Shown here piece after piece: positions 8,908-16,200 of a stretch of 38,122 bases of DNA (the stretch's first letter is position 1; each line of letters opens with the position of its first letter). Source of the stretch: Gammaproteobacteria bacterium (lineage in GTDB: Bacteria > Pseudomonadota > Gammaproteobacteria > Pseudomonadales > Pseudohongiellaceae). The position numbers and the translations under genes were made by a program. The notes beneath the pieces were generated by a model, which was given only the letters and a program-made list of their open reading frames with translations, was not told the DNA's origin and did no database searches. The stretch covers positions 3,624 through 41,745 of the forward strand of contig PARV01000049.1 in the NCBI GenBank assembly GCA_002712055.1, read 5' to 3'.

Positions 8908-10890
8908 TTAAATCACCCGTTCATTACCTGCGTCCACAGGAATCTGTGCTCCCGTAGTATTGCCAAATGAATTCGCTGCTAGCAGGGTAATCACTGTAGC
9001 CACGTCACTCGATGTTACTTCTTTTTTCAAAATATTCGCGGTCTTGTACTCTTCAATGCTCAAACCATAATGTGCCGCCCGTTTAGCCAGCACCTCATCA
9101 GTCCATATCCCTGTATCGTACACAGCATTGGGATGAACGGTGTTAACTCGAATGCCATTCTCCCCTAGTTCGAGCGCGGCCACCCTTGCCAATTGCGTAA
9201 GGCCGGCCTTGGCCGCTGAATAAGCTGCTGCTCCTGGCCCGGGCGCTGGTACGTTCTTAGAAGCCACTATAACCACTGATGGATCGAACCCGTTTTTAAG
9301 ATACGGCACGCAGGCGCGCAAGACTTTCATATGAGAATTAAGGTTCAACTCTACAGATTGTTCCCAATTCTTATCTTGTATGGAGTCGATAAATTGGCTC
9401 TCGGTAAACGCTCCCGCGTTACTGACCAATATATCAATACCTCCAAACCCACTTATTCCTTGTAGTAATACCCTCTCGATGGCGATGCTATCGGTGATAT
9501 CGCATCTAATGGGTAAGACTGAATTACTGCACATTTCTTCTTCAAAATTTTCGTCTATATCCAGAGCAATAACTGCCGCACCCTTTGCAACAAATTCCCT
9601 GACGCAAGCTCTACCAATACCGGATGCTGCTCCTGTGATCAACGCAATTTTCCCATCAAATTCCGCTTTCGCTGTAGTCGATTTAAGTTTTGCCTGCTCA
9701 AGTTCCCAGTATTCCACTTCGAATAGGTCTTTCCGCGGCAAGGTCTGCCAGCCACCCAATGTCTCCCCTAGCTGTATCGCTCTTACGGTATGCTGGGTGA
9801 TATCCCTTACAATATGCAAGCGCTTAGCATTACCTGCCAGATAAACCAAGCCGCGATTCACCCAGACAGCATAACGAGGCGCACTATCTAAAGAGGTATG
9901 GTCAGAGCCGGCATATTTCTTGTAATAATCAAGATAAGCCTGCTTGAATTCCCTGAGCCCAGCCAGCGGAAAGTCGGTAAGAACGGCACCGAAAGGCTTG
10001 GTATGGATCGTATGGTCTGGTGTTAGAGGTCCGCGAGTGACAAGTTCTCCGCAGTGCGGAAGGCTAGCAAATGCTGCCGCCCTCCCTGAACCATCGAAGC
10101 TAACGAGCAGAGGTCCACCAAAGAGATTGCCCGCTGCCTGCCGGAGAGAGCTGATCTGCTGCGCATCCTCTTTGTTCACACGATATTCACTGGAAGTAAT
10201 GGCTGACTCAGCTGTGTTATCACGGAGATAATCTTCCGCCTTGGTAACGAGCTCGATCATATTCCCATAACTGACCAGGCCATCATCATTAAAGGTAAAA
10301 ATACCATGATGCATTAACACAATGGCCTTTATAGTCGACCAATCCAGTCTTCGGGTCGCCTCAGCCACCTGTTTAGCAAGAACAAAGCCAGGCATGATAT
10401 AAGGCAATATCAGGACTTCGTCACCATAAATTTTTTTAAGCAGCCTTTCTCCGTCGGGCGTATTACTGATTGTTACTACCGCATCGGCGTGGCTATGCTC
10501 AACGTATTTATATGGTATCAAAGCATGGAGAATTGCTTCGACAGAGGGCGTTGGAGCCTCTGGATCAAATAGAGCTAGTCTCAATTGGCGCATCATTTCA
10601 CTGTCACCAAGCGTTTCTAGCTCTCCAAGTTTCCTAAGATATTCCAGTTTCACAGCCGGAAATCCAACGGCCTTTATCGTACGTAAATCCCAGCCTGACC
10701 CTTTTACGAAGAGCACTGTTTCCTCGGCACCAAAAACATTTTTCATAGTGCCTTTTACCGAAGTATTGCCACCTCCATGGAGGACCAGATCTGATTCTTC
10801 TCCCAAGAGATTGGAGGTGTATACGCGTAAGGCGAGCTCTGATTGTGCGGCTAATTCCTGTGCCGTGTGATGATCACATTTATTTCGCAT
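8908..10890 (-). CDS. Bifunctional class II aldolase/adducin-domain protein fused to a short-chain dehydrogenase/reductase (RhaD/YuxG-like)
   Basis: N-terminal half: class II aldolase motifs (LHGGGNTSVK; metal-ligand-like EHSHADAV and LMHHGIFTF). C-terminal ~250 aa: classical SDR motifs (ITGAASGIGRA, NAG, catalytic YSAAKAG). The gene ends 24 nt upstream of the mtnA start on the same strand. Confidence 0.85.
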   Translation of the reverse strand: MRNKCDHHTAQELAAQSELALRVYTSNLLGEESDLVLHGGGNTSVKGTMKNVFGAEETVLFVKGSGWDLRTIKAVGFPAVKLEYLRKLGELETLGDSEMMRQLRLALFDPEAPTPSVEAILHALIPYKYVEHSHADAVVTISNTPDGERLLKKIYGDEVLILPYIMPGFVLAKQVAEATRRLDWSTIKAIVLMHHGIFTFNDDGLVSYGNMIELVTKAEDYLRDNTAESAITSSEYRVNKEDAQQISSLRQAAGNLFGGPLLVSFDGSGRAAAFASLPHCGELVTRGPLTPDHTIHTKPFGAVLTDFPLAGLREFKQAYLDYYKKYAGSDHTSLDSAPRYAVWVNRGLVYLAGNAKRLHIVRDITQHTVRAIQLGETLGGWQTLPRKDLFEVEYWELEQAKLKSTTAKAEFDGKIALITGAASGIGRACVREFVAKGAAVIALDIDENFEEEMCSNSVLPIRCDITDSIAIERVLLQGISGFGGIDILVSNAGAFTESQFIDSIQDKNWEQSVELNLNSHMKVLRACVPYLKNGFDPSVVIVASKNVPAPGPGAAAYSAAKAGLTQLARVAALELGENGIRVNTVHPNAVYDTGIWTDEVLAKRAAHYGLSIEEYKTANILKKEVTSSDVATVITLLAANSFGNTTGAQIPVDAGNERVI

Positions 10891-10960
10891 GTGCCTGCAT
10901 CTCTCTCAGCGTGTCAGTATCGGTTCCTGCTCTTAAAATACATTAATTCACGAGGCAGAA

Positions 10961-10996
10961 ATAAAAAACGCACCATCTCTCGATGATGCGTTTTTG
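10961..10996 (-). terminator. Rho-independent terminator downstream of exbD
   Basis: On the minus strand, GCAUCAUC-GAGA-GAUGGUGC forms a stem of about 9 bp with one G-U pair. It is followed by UUUUUUAU and lies 22 nt after the exbD stop. Confidence 0.6.
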
Positions 10997-11017
10997 TGTG
11001 TAATTCAGCAGTTTCGA

Positions 11018-11437
11018 CTAGTTAGGTTCAACAATTGAAATATTTACCATGCCAGCTTGGCGTGCTGCATCCATGATCATTACCATAGTAGACACATCCG
11101 AATCATAATTCGGCTGGATAATGACTGAGGCTGCTGGATTTTCAGCTTTAAGTTGGTCTATGTTCGCTCGGACCTGAGTCGGAATTACAGGACGGGGATT
11201 ACCGTTCAAGATAATTTCATTATTCGGGCCAATCTCAAAAAGAATATTTTTCAGATCGTCATCTTCAGGTGGTTGCTCGTTTTCATTATTATCGCTACTG
11301 GCTGCATTTATCGCGGTCTCTGAAAGGAATGTAGCCGTAACAACGAAGAAAATTAACAAGATGAACACCACGTCAAGCATCGGAGTTAAGTCGATTTTAG
11401 CGTCATCTACTGATTTGCGACCTGCTATTTTTTTCAT
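11018..11437 (-). CDS. exbD: ExbD/TolR-family biopolymer transport protein (no adjacent ExbB/TolQ or TonB)
   Basis: 139 aa. It has a short cytoplasmic N-terminus and a TM segment IDLTPMLDVVFILLIFFVV containing the conserved TM Asp. The periplasmic domain has ...ILNGNPR..., VIIQPNYDSDVSTMVMIMDAARQAGM. An acidic insert (SSDNNENEQPPEDDD) follows the TM segment. Confidence 0.85.
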   Translation of the reverse strand: MKKIAGRKSVDDAKIDLTPMLDVVFILLIFFVVTATFLSETAINAASSDNNENEQPPEDDDLKNILFEIGPNNEIILNGNPRPVIPTQVRANIDQLKAENPAASVIIQPNYDSDVSTMVMIMDAARQAGMVNISIVEPN

Positions 11438-11673
11438 TGTTATACCTTCTTAAAGCAGTTCAATTATGCCTATTATTTAGTCTTTTCCACGCGAACAAAG
11501 AGTAAATATCGAATCGAGGCCAAATTATATCAGCCAGAGTTGTAGAAGCAACTGCTACTATAGGTTATTGAAAACAATGTAAAAAGGTTCGAATTCTTAA
11601 CGCTTCTTCCAATATTTCTAGCAGTTGAATAGCGCGTTTTCTTCCACAAAATCTATGATATTTTTGAATACTA

Positions 11674-12270
11674 CTACTTTTTTAAAGAATCAATTGTATG
11701 CTTGATAATCTCTTTAAGCTGATTAATGTTCTTGCCATCACGAGAGTTAACGCGAACACCATGCAGAGCATTCATAAGGACATCCGCGGCAAACTCTGTG
11801 CTGATACCTTTTGCCAACTTACCCTTCTTCTGGGCTTCCTTTAATCGAACCATCAGCGCTTTACGAATTGTCAACAATGAAGCTCGTACTACCTTCCTTA
11901 TATTTTTGTCGTAGTTGATACTCTCACATAATGAGTTAACCAATAAACACCCCATCCTGCGTTGCTTGCTTGATGCATTCAACACTGCCTCGTCGAAATA
12001 GGCAGAGATTCCATCCCAGGCATTCAGCTTTTCGTTACCAAGTGAATGAGCGATCTGGTTTTCTAAGATCTTATTGTATTGATCTAAACAGGATTTGAAA
12101 AAAGTGTCTTTGTCACCGAAAGAATTGTATAGCGTACCTCTATTGATGCCTGTGCAATCTAAAAGTTTCTGGACTGAACTTGCCTCATATCCTTCACGCC
12201 AGAACTGTTCCATAGCGCTTGTTAAAACTTCGTTTTCATCGAATTCGACTGGTCGCGCCATAATTCCCAC
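11674..12270 (-). CDS. TetR/AcrR-family transcriptional regulator
   Basis: N-terminal helix-turn-helix region (FWREGYEASSVQKLLDCTGINRGTLYNSFGDKDTFF) followed by an all-helical C-terminal domain. The start is either GTG at 12270 or, more likely, ATG at 12261 (MARPVEFDE...). Confidence 0.85.
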   Translation of the reverse strand: MGIMARPVEFDENEVLTSAMEQFWREGYEASSVQKLLDCTGINRGTLYNSFGDKDTFFKSCLDQYNKILENQIAHSLGNEKLNAWDGISAYFDEAVLNASSKQRRMGCLLVNSLCESINYDKNIRKVVRASLLTIRKALMVRLKEAQKKGKLAKGISTEFAADVLMNALHGVRVNSRDGKNINQLKEIIKHTIDSLKK

Positions 12271-12307
12271 TCAATACCATTTTTTGATTTAAACCCAGAA
12301 CATTCCC

Positions 12308-12338
12308 AAAAAAAATCACTGCTAGGCAGTGAATTTTT
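12308..12338 (-). terminator. Rho-independent (potentially bidirectional) terminator downstream of the DUF445 gene
   Basis: Perfect 7-bp stem TCACTGC-TAG-GCAGTGA (12316-12332), flanked by an A8 run on one side and a T5 run on the other. On the minus strand the stem is followed by U8. Confidence 0.6.
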
Positions 12339-12414
12339 AACCATCAATTTTGGGAGCGCGCTATTGTATTACAGTCGTTTTGGATTTACATCTACTGAAT
12401 TCAAAAAATAATGA

Positions 12415-13146
12415 TTAAGCTTGGTAGTTGGCCACGACCGTAACAATCAATCCTATTAATCCACCAAAAGCACAACCCCATACAACTAGCCAACCTAGGT
12501 GCTTGCGAATCATATCTTGTATGATTTCCTTGACTGTCTGGGGCGTCATCTGATTAAGCCGCTGATCTATTAGACCTTCCAGCTTAGTCCGAATCGCTTC
12601 TTCGTCAAGAGCAGTCTTCAGCGCATCTTGTATTTGATCTTGAAATTCTGAATTACCAAACTGGTCCTTAAAATATTCTCGCATCTTTTGGACGACTGGC
12701 GCTTTCAGCGAATTTAAAGCATCCCGTCCTCCTAACATTCCCAACAAACTGCTAAAAGGCGAAGTCATTATTACATCAATCAGAGATTCGAACGCCGCTC
12801 CCATATCAAGATTATCGATCACTTGTCTTAGTGACCTACCCAGCTTTTCCGGAACTTCCCCTGCACCGTGCAAAAAGACTTCCAGATCAGCATTATGGAA
12901 GAACTGATCCATGATCAGCTTCCGGATACCAGTCTTGAATTCTTCAAAACGCATTGGTATTACACCAGATCCATAAAGAAAAGGTACCCGTTCGAACAAC
13001 ATATGAACTGCTAACCAGTTAGTTACTCCTCCAGACAGGGCAAACAAACCGGTATTAAATACGTAAGTCTTGTAAGGCTCGGCTAAGAAAACCCCTAGCA
13101 CTATAAGACCAGCTGCTATGAGATTGCTGACTAGACTCTTATTGAT
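12415..13146 (-). CDS. DUF445-family inner-membrane protein
   Basis: The motif GGVTNWLAVHMLFERVPFLYGSGVIP and a C-terminal TM segment (GWLVVWGCAFGGLIGLIV) fit my recollection of DUF445. The ORF track starts at GTG 13101, inside a hydrophobic helix. I extend the gene to ATC 13146 (see findings). The conservative coordinates are 12415..13101. Confidence 0.6.
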   Translation of the reverse strand: MNKSLVSNLIAAGLIVLGVFLAEPYKTYVFNTGLFALSGGVTNWLAVHMLFERVPFLYGSGVIPMRFEEFKTGIRKLIMDQFFHNADLEVFLHGAGEVPEKLGRSLRQVIDNLDMGAAFESLIDVIMTSPFSSLLGMLGGRDALNSLKAPVVQKMREYFKDQFGNSEFQDQIQDALKTALDEEAIRTKLEGLIDQRLNQMTPQTVKEIIQDMIRKHLGWLVVWGCAFGGLIGLIVTVVANYQA

Positions 13147-13215
13147 CGTGTTACTCCATTAGTAATACTGAAACCGCTGCATCATAAAGGAACAATCTTA
13201 AATGGAGCACGCCGA

Positions 13216-14058
13216 CTACAACTTCTGTTGCTCACGGATAGGCATACGAGCTCTTATGTCGTTGAGATAATCGATATCTATGTCGGCTACAGCTATTCCC
13301 TCTCCCTTCTCCAAACTAACTAAGATATTACCCCAAGGATCTATGACCATCGAATGACCCCAGGTTTCGCGCTTCTCGTTATGCCTGCCACCTTGAGCGG
13401 CTGCGATGACATAACATTGGTTTTCAATCGCTCGTGCCCGCAACAGGCTTTCCCAATGAGCCTCGCCAGTTACCGCTGTGAATGCTGCTGGCACCGTGAC
13501 AATTTCCACACCCAATTTAAAGAAATCCCGGTAGAGTTCCGGAAACCGCATGTCATAACAGACACTTAGGCCTAAGTGGCCAAGAGGCGTTTTGAGAGTA
13601 GCTATTGCAGAACCGGCCTCATAACTGTGCGACTCGGAATATTCGGTCTGCGCGTCGTTTACTGTAACATCGAACAAGTGGATCTTGTCATAGCGAGCAA
13701 CTTGCTTCCCTTCGCTATCAAATACCAGACAGGCAGCACGAACTTTCCCATCTTCGATTGTGTGTTTGGCATCACTTTGAGATTTGCCGGGTCTTGAAAT
13801 CAACGGAATGGTTCCACCAACCAAGATCAGCTTGTTGCCCCGAGCCTGCCCTACAAGAAAGTCCTGCAGTTTGCCCGTACCTTCCACCTCACCGTACTGC
13901 CTCATAGGTCCTCCTTCCAGCACGGCAAAGACTTCCGGTAACAATACTAATTCAGCACCCTGTTCAGCCGCCTCAGAGATTAATCTGTCTGCCGTAGCAA
14001 GGTTTTCATCAACATCGACAGTACTTACCATTTGAACAGCGGCGACCTTGCTTAGCAT
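13216..14058 (-). CDS. Carbon-nitrogen hydrolase family protein (Nit/omega-amidase-like)
   Basis: Nitrilase-superfamily layout with AAVQM..., LVLLPE (catalytic Glu region), YDKIHLFD (Lys region) and LGLSVCYDMRFPE (catalytic Cys). A gene of this family follows yhdP in the Pseudomonas gene order as I recall it. Confidence 0.85.
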   Translation of the reverse strand: MLSKVAAVQMVSTVDVDENLATADRLISEAAEQGAELVLLPEVFAVLEGGPMRQYGEVEGTGKLQDFLVGQARGNKLILVGGTIPLISRPGKSQSDAKHTIEDGKVRAACLVFDSEGKQVARYDKIHLFDVTVNDAQTEYSESHSYEAGSAIATLKTPLGHLGLSVCYDMRFPELYRDFFKLGVEIVTVPAAFTAVTGEAHWESLLRARAIENQCYVIAAAQGGRHNEKRETWGHSMVIDPWGNILVSLEKGEGIAVADIDIDYLNDIRARMPIREQQKL

Positions 14059-14146
14059 CTACTTACTCATCCTCGTGCTTGTCAACGGACAGTAACTTCA
14101 AATGACTTGACCAGTTTTCCTTCTGAGATCATTGTTGTTACATTGA

Positions 14147-15130
14147 CTAAAAAGTGGCTATCGGATTCATTGGCGATCCCACTCCACCTTCCACAGGGAT
14201 GGGCGAGGCAGTCAACATGAATTCCCAACGCCCTTGCCTGACAGCTTCCTCCGCAAGAGCCTCCAAATCTAAGTTATCAAACAGCCTCACTCCCATGGCT
14301 ACGATAGCAAGTTGATGGATAGGCAGGAAAACTCCTTCAACGCCTGATGGTATAACATCGTTGGCATAATCTCCTCCCAAGACAGCTACATCTCTCTCTC
14401 TTAGCCAAGGTGCAACAGAAGCATGCAACCCCGCGGACCCTTGACCAGCACTCTCCGGTGTAGCCCATCGACCAGTTCTCACGAAAATTACATCCCCAGG
14501 ACCAACGCGAATACCAGCTTGTTCTTCCCAGGCCTCCAGATCTTCTACATACACGGCTGTGCCCGGAGACAAATAGTCCACTCCCTTCAAACGAGGAATG
14601 TCCATGAGTATGCCGCGCGTTAAGATACCTTGCTTCACGTTGGCGATACCTAACTTACGACATCCCTGCTCACTAACTTCGCCCCTACTGAAGCCGTTGT
14701 ACATTTTCCCCTGCCAAAGCACATGGCATAAAGCATCGAGATGGCTGTGAATGCCTCCATGGTATGAAAAGGAAATCCTCTCCATAACGTACTCACCCGA
14801 TGTATTAAGCATGGAAATGCTCTGATCAAATGGAGGAGGCGAACCCAGGTTAGAATCAACCGAGTAGTTGTGTGCAAGCGAAACTGACACTCCTGTCTGC
14901 ACTAACCTAGCAGCAGCAACACGTTTATCGGCTGTAATTAGATTTAGGGCCCCTAACTGATCGCCTTCCTCCCAGCGCCCCCAATTGGATAGCTCAGTCA
15001 TCCAGTTCTCCACCATAGCTGCTGTGACATTATGGCCCGATTGAGCTGCTAGGGTAGGCGCAAAAACCATACTCAACAAAATTGTGACAGAACAGCAATG
15101 AACATAACTGCTGAGGTTTTTGTAATCCAT
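14147..15130 (-). CDS. Secreted cyclase-family protein (PF04199, kynurenine-formamidase-like fold)
   Basis: Signal peptide ...CCSVTILLSMVFAPTLAA|QSG. The metal-binding signature YHGGIHSHLDALCH is of the HxGxHxDxxxH type. Confidence 0.65.
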   Translation of the reverse strand: MDYKNLSSYVHCCSVTILLSMVFAPTLAAQSGHNVTAAMVENWMTELSNWGRWEEGDQLGALNLITADKRVAAARLVQTGVSVSLAHNYSVDSNLGSPPPFDQSISMLNTSGEYVMERISFSYHGGIHSHLDALCHVLWQGKMYNGFSRGEVSEQGCRKLGIANVKQGILTRGILMDIPRLKGVDYLSPGTAVYVEDLEAWEEQAGIRVGPGDVIFVRTGRWATPESAGQGSAGLHASVAPWLRERDVAVLGGDYANDVIPSGVEGVFLPIHQLAIVAMGVRLFDNLDLEALAEEAVRQGRWEFMLTASPIPVEGGVGSPMNPIATF

Positions 15131-15309
15131 TTTCTTATTCCTATAAACGAGTAATGAAGAATCAGAATAATCTTTGCAAAACCAGAAGTCTAACTATCGC
15201 TTTAAGTGTGATTCTGTTTTTCTATAAAAGGAATACCTTTCAATATTCCGTAAGCTAATAAAAAAATAATTCGTGATAGACTACCGCTGAGCATTTTTAG
15301 GAATTAAAC

Positions 15310-16200
15310 ATGAAACTGAAAGCCCTCTTTAAAGTGAGGTTGGTTTTATCGAGCTTCCTCTTACTATCACACGCGGTGGGTCAGAATAACACTGAGCCAT
15401 TGAATATGGGCCCGATAATCAACTCAGGCGCTCGAGATGCAGAACCTACATTTACTTCCGACGGGCAAACCATGTATTTCAATTGTTTCGATCGTAAGGG
15501 TAAGGTTGGCAGCGATATATGTGTTACTCACCGCCAGGCCAACTCGTGGACAGAACCGGAAATTGTCGGAGCAGTGAGTACCGATGAATATCTGGAGGTC
15601 GAGCCACTGCTCTCGCCCGATGGTAACCAGCTTTTCATCATGAGCAATCGACCGGGTGGTTTAGGCGGTACCGATATCTGGGTGAGCGACCTCGTTGGCG
15701 GGGAATGGACGAGTCCAAGGAATCTAGGAGCACCTTTTAACTCTCCAGATTCAGATCACTGCTTGTATTTTTCTGGGGAGAACTGGGAATTTGCCTACTG
15801 GACCTCTACCCGACCAGGAGGCTTCGGAGGAAATGACATATGGATGTCTCAGCGTGTCCAAGGAGTGTGGCAGGAAGCCAGTAACTTGGGACCCGATGTA
15901 AATTCTGCAGCAAGTGAACATCACTCACTGCCTTCTGAAGATGGCAAATCTCTGTATATAACAACTACCAGGGCTGAAGGCTTCGGTATGGAAGATATCT
16001 ACGTCACTACGCAGAATGACCAAGGGAACTGGAGCAAACTGGTGAATCTAGGAGGGGAAGTGAACTCCGACAAGCATGATCGCTGCCCAGCTTTCTCCCC
16101 GGATTTCGAGTATTTCTTCTTTGATTCAGAACGAGCGGGTGGATACGGTAACAAAGATTTGTGGTATGTCCCCTATTCACGAATCGAACACATCCGCTGA
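15310..16200 (+). CDS. Secreted PD40/TolB-like beta-propeller repeat protein
   Basis: Signal peptide MKLKALFKVRLVLSSFLLLSHAVG|QNN. PD40-type units recur (TSDGQTMYFN, SPDGNQLFIMSNRPGGLGGTDIWVS, STRPGGFGGNDIWMS, SEDGKSLYITTTRAEGFGMEDIYV, SPDFEYFFFDSERAGGYGNKDLWYV). Confidence 0.7.
   Translation: MKLKALFKVRLVLSSFLLLSHAVGQNNTEPLNMGPIINSGARDAEPTFTSDGQTMYFNCFDRKGKVGSDICVTHRQANSWTEPEIVGAVSTDEYLEVEPLLSPDGNQLFIMSNRPGGLGGTDIWVSDLVGGEWTSPRNLGAPFNSPDSDHCLYFSGENWEFAYWTSTRPGGFGGNDIWMSQRVQGVWQEASNLGPDVNSAASEHHSLPSEDGKSLYITTTRAEGFGMEDIYVTTQNDQGNWSKLVNLGGEVNSDKHDRCPAFSPDFEYFFFDSERAGGYGNKDLWYVPYSRIEHIR

Noticed and set aside
9380-10231. Antisense ORFs (154 aa and 95 aa) inside the aldolase/SDR gene.
   Set aside because: These are shadow ORFs of a gene with clear domain motifs. 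Their composition is Ser/Pro/Ala-rich and repetitive.
15230-15249. Inverted repeat GGAATA-N8-TATTCC in the divergent cyclase/PD40 promoter region.
   Set aside because: The arms are only 6 bp long in AT-rich DNA, so the repeat is easily explained by chance. I saw no second copy.
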